64,000 nt of DNA from Anaerolineales bacterium (GCA_016928575.1 JAFGKK010000057.1:93386-157385); one strand, 5' to 3'; counted from the first letter of the stretch, positions 9,035 to 18,420 are shown. Numbers and translations are program-made. The notes: generated by a model from the sequence alone, not told the origin.

Positions 9035-9416
9035 CAGCCGGGGCGGATGGTATCCGGTCGCACCGGTGCGGCCAGCAAAAAAGCGCCGCCTTCGGCTTTG
9101 CGAGGTAGGGCCGGTTGGCTGCGGCATCGCCGCCCGGCATAGTGCCCTCGGTTATTTCTCTCCCCACCCAACGCGGGTCTTCGCCCGGCTATGATGAAGA
9201 AAAATTTTTCCTTCAAGGCGGCAATCCCAACCCGCCGGTTGCGGCCGGAGGCAAGGATACGCCGGAAGGAGAAGGCCAGCCCGCCCGCAAAGCCCCCGCA
9301 TACCAAGCAGGGCGGCGGAGCGGGGGCGTGGGATCGAGGGAAAACAGTAAAGGCGAGAAATCCCTGCCAAAAAGAACACCGGACTCATTTCCGGCTGATC
9401 GGTTATGGAAGGATTG

Positions 9417-12400
9417 TTACTCCGACCGCCGGGCGCGGATTTTCTCGACGATCATTTTCAACACTCCAAGGAGTTCCGGTCTCCATTCCTCCGGATCGGC
9501 TGTGACGGGAATGTACAACCGCCCTTTGCTGTACCGTCCGCGCGGATGGATCTCGGCCGGACGGACATCCTCGCCGAGGACGGCGCCGATCATCAGCACG
9601 CCGCCTTCCAAGGCGACGACGTCCACGCCGGCTTGCTGGGCGAGGACCTTCACCCGCAATTGAAACAGCAGATTCTCGGCCGCTTCCGGAAGCGGGCCGA
9701 ACCGGTCCACCAATTCCCGGCGCAGCGCGGCCAGTTCCTCTTCGGCGGCGATCTCGGCCATGCGCCGGTACAGCCGCAGGCGCAGATCGCGGTCCGGGAC
9801 ATAGTCCTCCGGCAGCGCGGCCGCCAGCGGGAGATCCACGCTGGGGGGAAGATTTTCCATCTCGGGGACCCGGCCGTCGCGCTCGGCCCGCAGGCGCCGC
9901 ACCGCTTGGGAGAGCAGGCGGGTGTATAGGTGGAATCCGATCGCGGCGATATGGCCGCTTTGACGCGTTCCAAGGATCTCGCCAGCGCCGCGGATCTCCA
10001 GATCGCGCATCGCGATCGCATACCCGCCTCCAAGTTCGTTCTGTTCGGCCAGGGCCTGCAAGCGCTCGTAAGCTTCCGGGGAGGGGCGGTGTCGGCGGTC
10101 GGTGAAGAAGTAGGCGTAGGCCCGCACCGGCCCGCGTCCCACCCTCCCGCGCAGCTGATGCAGTTGCGCCAGCCCGAAGGTATCGGCCCGGTCGACGATC
10201 AGCGTGTTGGCGTTGGGGATGTCGAGGCCGGATTCGATGATCGACGTGCACAACAGCACGTCCACGTCGCGCCGGACGAAGGAGTCCATCGTGTGTTCCA
10301 ATTCATGCTCGGGCATCTGCCCGTGGCCGATCCGGATGCGCGCCTCCGGGACGAGGGCGGCCAATTTTTCCTTCACCGAACGGATCGTTTCCACCCGGTT
10401 GTGAAGATAGAACACCTGCCCGCCGCGCTCGAGTTCCCGCAGAACCGCCTGGCGGACCTGCTTTTCGCTGTACGGGCCGACGCGGGTGACGACCGGCATC
10501 CGTTCCTCGGGGGGCGTGTTGATGTTGGAGATGTCGCGCACGCCCGCAAGCGAGAGGTACAGCGTGCGGGGAATCGGCGTTGCGGTGAGGGTCAGCACGT
10601 CCACCTCGGTGCGCAGCCTCTTCAGGTGCTCCTTGTGGGCCACGCCGAAGCGCTGCTCTTCGTCGATCACGAGCAGTCCAAGATTTGAAAACGCCACGTC
10701 GCGCTGAATCAGGCGGTGGGTGCCGATGAGGATGTCGACTTCGCCCCGGCCGAGGTGTTCGAGGATCCGCTCCTGCTCAAAGGGCGTGCGGAAGCGTGAA
10801 AGCATCTCCACCCGCAACGGGAAGGCCGCCAGCCTTTGGGAAAAGGTCTGGAAATGCTGCTGAGCCAAAACGGTGGTGGGGACGAGCACCGCCACCTGGA
10901 CACCGTCCATCACTGCTTTGAACGCGGCCCGCAGGGCGACTTCGGTCTTGCCGTACCCCACGTCGCCGCAGATCAGGCGGTCCATCGGGCGCGCTCGCTC
11001 CATATCGCGCTTCACCTCGGCGATCGCCCGCAGTTGGTCGTCGGTTTCCACGTAGGGAAAGGAGCTTTCCAGTTCGCGCTGCCAGGGGGTGTCGGGGGCG
11101 AACGCCCGGCCCTGGGCGGACTCGCGCCGGGCATAAAGAGCCAGCATGTCGCGGGCTACATCCAATGCGGCGCGCCGGGCCCGTTCCCGGGTGGCGGTCC
11201 ATTCCTGCGAGCCGAGGCGGGATAGGGTCGGCGCGCGGTCGTCGGGGCCGATGTAACGCATCAACCGGTCCGCCTGATGGATCGGAACGTACACCTGGCC
11301 GCCGTCCCCGAATTCCACTTGCAGATATTCCCGTTCCAGCCCGTCCACCATCCGCCGCACCAATCCGGAAAAAACCCCGATCCCGAATTCGATATGGACG
11401 ACGAAATCCCCGCTCTTGAGGTCGGCATAGGCGGATTCCGGCGGCAGGGCTTTGGCCGCAGGGCGGCGGCGCGGTTCCGGACGGATCCATCCGAAAATAT
11501 CGCCGTCGGCCAGCAGGTGCAGGTCCCGGAAGGTAAACCCTTCCTGCAGGGATCCGTGCACGAACACCAAGTCGGCTTCGGCGGGCGGCGCAACGGGCGT
11601 ATTTTCCGGAACGAGGGCGGGGTTGGCCCCCGGGCGTTGCTCTTCCCAGACTTCCAGGAGCCGGTCCGCCTGGCGCGAAACCACTACGACGCGATGTTTT
11701 TTCTGACGCAGAAGGTGGGTCTGTTCGACGAACGTTTTTAGCATTCCGCCGAAGCGCGGCGCAGGCGTGAAGGATTCGCCGATCGGGAGGAGCATGCTGT
11801 CATCTCCGCCCAAGCCCAGATGCAAAGGGATTCGGATTTCCAGCGCCTCGCGGATGTCGTCCCAGGTCAGGTGCGCGAGGGGATCGTCGGCGGAAAGCAC
11901 GCCGCTTTCCTCGGCTTCCCCGCGCAAGGCCAGTGCGTGTTCCTCGAGATCGGCGACCACATCGGCCAGTTCGTTCCATTCCTCGATCGCGACGATACCG
12001 CGGTTCGGGAGGTAGTCGAGCAGGCCGGCCGGCTTGTAAGCCCACGGGATCCAGAATTCGTATGGAAAATCCGCGCCAGGCTTGCCGCCGTTCGGAAGGC
12101 GGCCGATCCGGGAAAGATCGGAAGCCAGGAGTTCCCGAGCCGGAGTTACGATGAGGGATTCCGCCGGACCGGCGGTCCGTTGGGTGGCGGGGTCGAACAG
12201 CCGCAAGGTTTCGATCTGGTCGCCGAAGAATTCCAGCCGGGTCGGGCGCCGATCGGCCGGCGGCCAGATGTCGACGATGCCTCCCCGGCGGCTGAATTGC
12301 CCCGGTTCGACGGTCAGGCTGGCAGGCTGATAGCCGAGATCGATCCACTCACGGCTCAAGGCTTCGGGAGAAGCGGAATTCCCCGCCCGGAAGGTCCGCA

Positions 12401-12845
12401 AGGCGGCGCGGAAGGCGTCGCAGGGCAGGGTCGGCGTGATCAGCGCGCGGCCGGAAGCGATTACGATCAGGGGGCGGGCCGGCCGTCCGCCGGCTCCCGC
12501 CGCGCCGAGACCGGCAAGCGCGGCAATCCGCTCGCGGACGGTCCGCGGACCCCAGGGGGATTGTTCGTAGAAGACCGGCGTCGGTTCCGAGTAGAGCAGA
12601 GTCTCCACCCGCGGGTCCCAGGCGGCGATCTCATCCCGCAGGAGCATAGCCCGTTCGGAGCGGGGGGTGAGCAGGAGGATCGGAATCGATGAACGGCGCG
12701 CCAGCGCCGCCAGCAGCGGAGGCCTTGCGGCGCGGGGCAGGGATAAGGAGACCGAAGGAGCGGGGGCGCGCGCAGTCGCGGCTTCCAGGACTTCCCGGAA
12801 GCGGGGGTCTTCTTCGATCAAGGACAGCAGCCGCGAAAGATCCAA
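9417..12845 (-). CDS. mfd: Transcription-repair coupling factor
   Basis: 1142 aa. UvrB-like N-terminus, CarD-like segment, superfamily-2 helicase motifs (GDVGYGKTEVA, DEEQRFG, LTATPIPRTL), TRG region. Adjacent to pth, as is usual. Confidence 0.97.
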   Translation of the reverse strand: MDLSRLLSLIEEDPRFREVLEAATARAPAPSVSLSLPRAARPPLLAALARRSSIPILLLTPRSERAMLLRDEIAAWDPRVETLLYSEPTPVFYEQSPWGPRTVRERIAALAGLGAAGAGGRPARPLIVIASGRALITPTLPCDAFRAALRTFRAGNSASPEALSREWIDLGYQPASLTVEPGQFSRRGGIVDIWPPADRRPTRLEFFGDQIETLRLFDPATQRTAGPAESLIVTPARELLASDLSRIGRLPNGGKPGADFPYEFWIPWAYKPAGLLDYLPNRGIVAIEEWNELADVVADLEEHALALRGEAEESGVLSADDPLAHLTWDDIREALEIRIPLHLGLGGDDSMLLPIGESFTPAPRFGGMLKTFVEQTHLLRQKKHRVVVVSRQADRLLEVWEEQRPGANPALVPENTPVAPPAEADLVFVHGSLQEGFTFRDLHLLADGDIFGWIRPEPRRRPAAKALPPESAYADLKSGDFVVHIEFGIGVFSGLVRRMVDGLEREYLQVEFGDGGQVYVPIHQADRLMRYIGPDDRAPTLSRLGSQEWTATRERARRAALDVARDMLALYARRESAQGRAFAPDTPWQRELESSFPYVETDDQLRAIAEVKRDMERARPMDRLICGDVGYGKTEVALRAAFKAVMDGVQVAVLVPTTVLAQQHFQTFSQRLAAFPLRVEMLSRFRTPFEQERILEHLGRGEVDILIGTHRLIQRDVAFSNLGLLVIDEEQRFGVAHKEHLKRLRTEVDVLTLTATPIPRTLYLSLAGVRDISNINTPPEERMPVVTRVGPYSEKQVRQAVLRELERGGQVFYLHNRVETIRSVKEKLAALVPEARIRIGHGQMPEHELEHTMDSFVRRDVDVLLCTSIIESGLDIPNANTLIVDRADTFGLAQLHQLRGRVGRGPVRAYAYFFTDRRHRPSPEAYERLQALAEQNELGGGYAIAMRDLEIRGAGEILGTRQSGHIAAIGFHLYTRLLSQAVRRLRAERDGRVPEMENLPPSVDLPLAAALPEDYVPDRDLRLRLYRRMAEIAAEEELAALRRELVDRFGPLPEAAENLLFQLRVKVLAQQAGVDVVALEGGVLMIGAVLGEDVRPAEIHPRGRYSKGRLYIPVTADPEEWRPELLGVLKMIVEKIRARRSE

Positions 12846-12852
12846 GGCCGCT

Positions 12853-13473
12853 TCAGGAAAGCCCTGCCGGCGGTGCGGTTCCGCGGGAGGGGGGATCCGC
12901 GGGGGGCGGATTGAAACGGGTCATGGCCTCCGCCAACCCGCGGTCGACAAACGTCAACGCGGCTTCCGCCGCACGCTCCACGACCGCCGGGACGCTTTCC
13001 TCCTCCTCGGGATCGAATTTCCGCAGTACGTAATCCGCTGCGTCCATCCTCCCCGGCGGGCGGCCGACCCCGAACCGCAGGCGGGGAACCTCCCGGCTGT
13101 TGATGGAATCGAGGATCGATTGCATCCCGCGCTGTCCGGCCGAGCCGCCGGAGGCGCGCAGGCGGATCGTCCCAAACGGCAGGTCGATGTCGTCGCAACA
13201 CACCAGGAGGGCCGCGAGCGGGATTTTATAAAAGCGGACCAGCGCCGCGACGGATTGTCCGCTGAGGTTCATGAAGGTCTGCGGTTTGGCGAGGACCAGC
13301 CTGGCTCCGGACCGGGTTCCGGACGCAAGCAGAGCATGGTTCTGCTGGCGGGAGAATCGCACGCCGATCTCTTCCGCCAAACGGTCCGCGATCCGGAAGC
13401 CGATGTTGTGGCGGGTCGCCGCATATTCCCGGCCGGGATTCCCCAGGCCGACGATTAGGAACAATTTCTCCAT
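12853..13473 (-). CDS. pth: Peptidyl-tRNA hydrolase
   Basis: MEKLFLIVGLGNPGREYAATRHNIGF... is the canonical Pth N-terminus. The track ORF begins 13 codons earlier (13512); the internal ATG is preferred. Confidence 0.93.
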   Translation of the reverse strand: MEKLFLIVGLGNPGREYAATRHNIGFRIADRLAEEIGVRFSRQQNHALLASGTRSGARLVLAKPQTFMNLSGQSVAALVRFYKIPLAALLVCCDDIDLPFGTIRLRASGGSAGQRGMQSILDSINSREVPRLRFGVGRPPGRMDAADYVLRKFDPEEEESVPAVVERAAEAALTFVDRGLAEAMTRFNPPPADPPSRGTAPPAGLS

Positions 13474-13608
13474 TCTTCCGCCTTCTTTTTTTCGAGATAC
13501 GGGAAAAAACATTTTTTCGATTTGCCGGACCTATCCCATCGCGGAGGATCCCCGCGGGTGCTTTTCGCGTTTCTTGGAAGCGCCGGAGGCGGCTGTCCTC
13601 TCGGCGGA

Positions 13609-14250
13609 TCAGCCGCCGGACTTTCGGATCCGCCGGACCATCCGCCGCCGCCGCCAAAGCAGCCAGCGCGTACGAAGCGCGGCAAGTCCGAATCCCATCC
13701 CGGCCATCAGGGCGCCGGCCAGAAAGGCGGCTCCCAAAGAAGTGGAATCCGGCGCGGAAGTGGAGGCCGGGCTTTCCGCCGCGGTGGGAGCCGGGAAAGC
13801 GGCCGGCGGTTGGTGCGCCGGCTGCGGCGGGACCTCCGCCGGCGTAACGGCCTCCGGCTCCGCGGTCGTCGCCAGCGGGTAAGCGCGCCGCACGCGGATT
13901 CCCCGCACGATTGATTCGCGCATCGACCCGTCCGCAAAATATGCCGCGATCCGCAGGGTGTACTCGCCCTCGCTGATCCGGGTGACGTCCCATTCCGCCA
14001 GGACGCCATTCGTCACCGGCGAGGCGCCTTCGGCAATGGGAAACCAGGTGCCGGTCGGATCGGGATCGTAGGCGAATTCCACGCGCCAACGCATCATTCC
14101 GGACGCGGCCGCCGTTCCCGAGATCTCGACCATTCCCGAAACGGTTTCACCCGCTGCGGGCGAATCAATCCGCAGGGCTTCGTCCGCCTGGAAGGAAAAC
14201 GCGGAAATCGAAAGCGCTAGAAGAAAGGCCAAACGGGCCGGAAAACGCAT
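13609..14250 (-). CDS. Secreted, C-terminally anchored protein with Ig-like ectodomain
   Basis: Signal peptide MRFPARLAFLLALSISAFS, beta-rich about 110-aa domain, Pro/Ala-rich linker, a single TM (LGAAFLAGALMAGMGFGLAAL) and an Arg-rich tail. Confidence 0.65.
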   Translation of the reverse strand: MRFPARLAFLLALSISAFSFQADEALRIDSPAAGETVSGMVEISGTAAASGMMRWRVEFAYDPDPTGTWFPIAEGASPVTNGVLAEWDVTRISEGEYTLRIAAYFADGSMRESIVRGIRVRRAYPLATTAEPEAVTPAEVPPQPAHQPPAAFPAPTAAESPASTSAPDSTSLGAAFLAGALMAGMGFGLAALRTRWLLWRRRRMVRRIRKSGG

Positions 14251-14531
14251 GACAAGCCAGTTTAATCCAAAGCATTCAGGTTTTCAAGAATTCCCAGGAA
14301 TGATCTCAAGAGCCTCAGTCGATTTCCGCCGAAGCGGCAGATCGGGGGATTGTCCTTCTGCGGCTTGCGTTTTTCCCCTATTGGGAAGAAAGGTGGAAAG
14401 GGCGGATTGCGGCTGATTTTTACGGGTGTCTTTTCGCATATAATGAATCCGAACAAACACTATCGATGCGCCGGGTTGGAAAATGGAGGATGGCAACGGA
14501 GACGGCTAGAAGGGGATCCGGTCGCCGTTGC

Positions 14532-14564
14532 CAAGCGTTTCGCCGGAGGAACGCGTTGTTTTTT
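14532..14564 (+). promoter_or_regulatory. Terminator-like hairpin in the leader of the CotH operon (possible attenuator)
   Basis: CAAGCGTT / AACGCGTTG stem (8 bp, one bulged G), 10-nt loop, then TTTTTT. Lies between a TATAAT box (14439-14444) and the CotH start. A second hairpin CCGCGG-ATGCG-CCGCGG follows at 14570-14586. Confidence 0.35.
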
Positions 14565-14654
14565 GTAAACCGCGGATGCGCCGCGGAGGATGTATCCGGA
14601 GGCGAATTCCGGATTCCATCGATGCCGAAAAAGAAAAAAAAGAGGAAAGCATCC

Positions 14655-16331
14655 ATGGCCTCTGCTAGGGAGGTCCGGCCGGCACGGATCCGCAGGGTAT
14701 CGGAGAAGGGCTGCATTATTCTGTCCCTGATCCTGGGAATAATCATCCTGCACACGGTAATGCTTCATCCCGGACCGCCGGCCGCGGCCGCGCCGGAAAG
14801 TCCGCAGGTAATCGCACAGGCGAACGCCGTGTACAACAACGGCTGGGCGCCGCTGACCGTTTATTTCAGCGGCTACGGCAGCCGCTCGCAAGGAGCGGAG
14901 ATCGTCCGTTACGAATGGGATCTCGACGGCAACGGGGCCATCGATATCGACGCCACCGCGAGCAAAGGCTATGTGCAATACCTCTATTCCAAACCCGGAC
15001 GGTATGCCGTCACGCTGCGGGTGACCGATTCGCTCGGACGCTATGCAACGGATCAGGCGACGGTGCACGTGCGCCACCCGGCTTCGAGCACCGTCGATTA
15101 CGCGGCGGTGTTCGACGACAGCCGAGTCCGCCGGATCGATATCGCCTTGAGGCAATCCGATTGGGATGCGATGTGGGCCGATCCGGAAGCCAAACTCCAA
15201 GTGCGCGCTGATGCGAACGTATTCGGGGAGGCAGTGCGGGATGTCGGGTTCCGCATGCGCGGACAATTTTCTCTGCGGACCTCCGGCCTGAAAAAACCAT
15301 GGGAGATCGACACCGATGCCTTCGTCGACGGGCAGGAATACCGAAACCTGCGTCAGTTGATGCTGCTCAACAACATCGGCGATTCGACCCTGCTCAAGGA
15401 AAAACTGGCCTACGAAATGATGTACGCCGCCGGCCTGCCGGCCAGCCATACCGCTTTCGTGGAGCTTTGGATCGACATCGCCGACGACGGCCGGCCGCCC
15501 GTCTACTGGGGAATCTATTCGCTCGTCGAGCGCGTCGACAACAAATACATCCGCAACCGCTTCGGCGCCCAGAGCCAGGGGGGCAACCTATACAAGGCGA
15601 GCCATGCCCAACGCGGACCGATGGACCTCGTGTATTACGGAGACCGAATCGAGGATTATCCCGTCCGGAACGGGCAATATGCGTACGGCAAAACATCGAA
15701 CGAGGAGGAGGCGGATTACAGCGACATCGTGGAATTGTGCCGGGTGATCGACGGCACGGCGTACGAATCTGAAGAAGATTTCCGGCGGGCGCTGGAGGGC
15801 GTGGTTAACATGGACGCCTTCCTCCGTTACTTGGCGGTGGTCACCCTCCTGGACAATTGGGATTCCTACCCTTACACGGGGAACAATTATTTCCTTTACC
15901 ACGATCCCGTCACGGACCTGTTTGAATGGATACCCTGGGACCTCGCCTGGGGCGGAAATCCGCGGATGCCGCTGTTCGAGCGGTCCGACCCGGGCTTGGT
16001 GGAGCGGGCGCCCCTCTACGATCGGGCGATGCAAATCGGGCGCTACCGCGCAAAGTATGCGGCTTACCTCGATCTGCTCCTGGTGGTTTGGTTCACCCGC
16101 GCCAAGGTCGCCGAGCGGGTGCAGTTTCTGCACCGCCAGATCGCGCCCTTCATTTCCCAATCCACCGGCGACAAGGCGTTCTTCGCGGAAGACGCCTTGT
16201 TCCCGCCCGAAGCCTTCGATCACTCCTGGGAGGCGTTGCTGGAGTTCGTCGCCGAAAGGGAAGCCTACGCACGCAGCCAACTGGTGCTGGAGGCGGAATC
16301 CGGAACTACCGCAGCCGCGGAAAAATCCTGA
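14655..16331 (+). CDS. CotH kinase-family protein with signal-anchor and PKD domain
   Basis: PKD repeat (PLTVYFSGYG...YEWDLDGNG...GRYAVTLRVTDSLG). CotH-type core (...LKKPWEIDTDAF...LLNNIGDSTLLKEKLAYEMMYAAGLPASHTAFVELWI...GIYSLVERVDNKYIRNRFG...GNLYKAS). GAGGA sits 8 nt before ATG 14655. Alternative starts are 14622 and 14466. Confidence 0.85.
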   Translation: MASAREVRPARIRRVSEKGCIILSLILGIIILHTVMLHPGPPAAAAPESPQVIAQANAVYNNGWAPLTVYFSGYGSRSQGAEIVRYEWDLDGNGAIDIDATASKGYVQYLYSKPGRYAVTLRVTDSLGRYATDQATVHVRHPASSTVDYAAVFDDSRVRRIDIALRQSDWDAMWADPEAKLQVRADANVFGEAVRDVGFRMRGQFSLRTSGLKKPWEIDTDAFVDGQEYRNLRQLMLLNNIGDSTLLKEKLAYEMMYAAGLPASHTAFVELWIDIADDGRPPVYWGIYSLVERVDNKYIRNRFGAQSQGGNLYKASHAQRGPMDLVYYGDRIEDYPVRNGQYAYGKTSNEEEADYSDIVELCRVIDGTAYESEEDFRRALEGVVNMDAFLRYLAVVTLLDNWDSYPYTGNNYFLYHDPVTDLFEWIPWDLAWGGNPRMPLFERSDPGLVERAPLYDRAMQIGRYRAKYAAYLDLLLVVWFTRAKVAERVQFLHRQIAPFISQSTGDKAFFAEDALFPPEAFDHSWEALLEFVAEREAYARSQLVLEAESGTTAAAEKS

Positions 16332-16344
16332 TGGGAGGTGCCAT

Positions 16345-17694
16345 ATGAATCGAAGAATCCCCGCCGCCTGTGCGGGCCTTTTTCTTTTTATGCTTGCAAC
16401 GGGAGGATGCGCGCGAACGGCTTTGGCCCAGGAAGCAGGATGGCAGGAATCCTTTGACGACCCGCATCTGCCGGGGTGGGAGCATTCGCCGGAGGCAATC
16501 GTCGTCGACGGAATCCTGCGCATCGGCCCGGGGAATTTCGCGGCCCGCATGGGAGGATGGGCGGATTTCGATCTAACGGTAAAAGTGAGATTCTCCGGAC
16601 CCGGCGAGACCGTAATTCTCTACCGCGAAGCCGACCGGGGGGGCTACGCACTGAGGATTCTCGTCAGCGACATGGTTCTCTTCCGGGAAATCCGGCCGGA
16701 TCAACAGCGGGAATTGGACCGGTCCGCGGGATGGACGCCGTCGGAAGGCGCATGGATGGATTTCCGCATCACGGTCCAACAGGGCAGGCACTCCATCGCC
16801 GTAGACGGGAACGAAATCCTTTCGGCCGAAGACCCCGAACCGCTTGATCCGGGCATCATCGTTTTCGCCTCGCACGGTGAACGAACGACCGAAGTGGACG
16901 AGATATCTCTGGCGATTTTGCATTCGGAAGGGGGCGGGGAGCCGCCCGTCGGTTCCGAAGGCCAAACCGCGGTTCTGCCGACCGCGACGCCGGAACCGAC
17001 GGCCGCCCCGAACGCATTGCAGGAATTGTGGGCGGAGGTCACCGCTGGCCAGGGGGCTCCACTCGAGACGGGAGTGTTTGCGGTTAACCTGCTGTTGTCC
17101 GTGGTTTTTTCTTTTCTCCTCAGCCGGGTTTACATCTATTGGGGATCCTCCCTTTCCAACCGGAGAAAATTCGCCGCCAACTTCATGCTGGTGACCGTGA
17201 CGACCACGTTCATCATCCTGGTGGTTCGGTCCTCCGTGGCCCTCTCGCTAGGCTTGGTCGGAGCGCTTTCGATCATCCGGTTCCGCACGGCGGTCAAGGA
17301 GCCGGAGGAGCTGGCGTACCTGTTCTTCGCCATCAGTCTGGGAATCGGATTGGGGGACAACCAGCGCTTGGTCACTCTCTTAAGTTTTATGGTGGTGGTC
17401 CTGCTGATCGGCCTGGCGCGATTGTTGCGGCAAACGCAGGCGGATATCAACCTGCATCTGACCGTTTCCAGCCGTGAGCCCGGAAAAATCGGAATGAGCC
17501 GGGTCCGCGAGGTGCTTGAGAAGCACTGCGCCAAACTCCGGCTGATCCGATACGACGAGAATCCCGATCAGGCCGAGACATCGTTCGTCGTGGAATTCCG
17601 CCATATTTCGGATCTCGAGCAGGCGCGCGCTTCCCTGCGGGAACTCTCGCCGGAGATGGAGATTTCCTTTCTCGACAACAAGGGGATTTGGTAG
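16345..17694 (+). CDS. DUF4956-family membrane protein with N-terminal lectin/LamG-like ectodomain
   Basis: GGGAGG 6 nt before ATG 16345 (the track ORF over-extends to 15922 across the CotH gene). Signal peptide MNRRIPAACAGLFLFMLATGGC. Membrane core ...SLGLVGALSIIRFRTAVKEPEELAYLFFAISLGIGLG is characteristic of DUF4956. Confidence 0.8.
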   Translation: MNRRIPAACAGLFLFMLATGGCARTALAQEAGWQESFDDPHLPGWEHSPEAIVVDGILRIGPGNFAARMGGWADFDLTVKVRFSGPGETVILYREADRGGYALRILVSDMVLFREIRPDQQRELDRSAGWTPSEGAWMDFRITVQQGRHSIAVDGNEILSAEDPEPLDPGIIVFASHGERTTEVDEISLAILHSEGGGEPPVGSEGQTAVLPTATPEPTAAPNALQELWAEVTAGQGAPLETGVFAVNLLLSVVFSFLLSRVYIYWGSSLSNRRKFAANFMLVTVTTTFIILVVRSSVALSLGLVGALSIIRFRTAVKEPEELAYLFFAISLGIGLGDNQRLVTLLSFMVVVLLIGLARLLRQTQADINLHLTVSSREPGKIGMSRVREVLEKHCAKLRLIRYDENPDQAETSFVVEFRHISDLEQARASLRELSPEMEISFLDNKGIW

Positions 17695-18420
17695 ATGGCG
17701 CGCCGAGACTCTGCGTCCGGGAACATCCAGGAGTATACCCGGCTGCGCTCCTTCCGATACGAACGCAAGTTCCTTTCCGAGGAGTTGCTTCCGCGCCAGG
17801 TGACGGCCATCGTGCGCTCGCATCCGCTGATGTGCCGTGCGCCGTATCCGCCGCGGCAGATCAACAGCCTCTACCTGGATACCGCCGACATGGACAATTA
17901 CAACGACAACGTTTCCGGAGCTGCGCAGAGGCGCAAGGTGCGGCTGCGCTGGTACGGAACGATGGACGGAATGATCGAGCGGCCGATGTTGGAATTCAAG
18001 GTTAAATACGGCTTGGTGGGGAAGAAGCTATCCTACCCGATGGCGCCATTCGTGTTGGACGAGCACTTCAACCGCCGCGTATTCCAGGAGCTCGCCGACC
18101 GTTCCTCCCTTCCGGAGACCGTCCGAGACGACCTCCGCAGACTTGCTCCCGTCCTGCTTAACTGCTATCAACGCAGCTATTTCGCCGCGCTCGAGGAACG
18201 GTTCCGGATCACGGTCGATTCCCAACAGGTCTTTTGGAGGATCCACGGTCCCTTCCGGAATTCGCTGCTACACAGGCAGCAAAACCCCCGCGACGTAATC
18301 GTGGAATTAAAATACGCGGTCGGGGAAGAGCCGCAGGCCGACCGGGCCGCGGGGTACTTCCCCTTTCGCATCATGCGGAATTCCAAATACGTGCAGGGAA
18401 TTGAACGGGTGTATTTTTAA
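17695..18420 (+). CDS. VTC-domain (polyphosphate-polymerase-like, triphosphate-tunnel fold) protein
   Basis: ATG directly abuts the preceding TAG. FRYERKFLSEE...INSLYLDTADMDNYNDN...RRKVRLRWYG...MLEFKVKYG matches the VTC-domain pattern. Confidence 0.8.
   Translation: MARRDSASGNIQEYTRLRSFRYERKFLSEELLPRQVTAIVRSHPLMCRAPYPPRQINSLYLDTADMDNYNDNVSGAAQRRKVRLRWYGTMDGMIERPMLEFKVKYGLVGKKLSYPMAPFVLDEHFNRRVFQELADRSSLPETVRDDLRRLAPVLLNCYQRSYFAALEERFRITVDSQQVFWRIHGPFRNSLLHRQQNPRDVIVELKYAVGEEPQADRAAGYFPFRIMRNSKYVQGIERVYF

Noticed and set aside
9369-9394. Weak hairpin CCGGA-AATGAG-TCCGG plus TGTTCTTTTT on the minus strand, after mfd
   Set aside because: The stem is only 5 bp. It is plausible as the mfd terminator but too weak to list as a feature.
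14460-15449. 329-aa minus-strand ORF
   Set aside because: Antisense to the CotH/PKD gene, with no domain signature and high-GC artefact composition.
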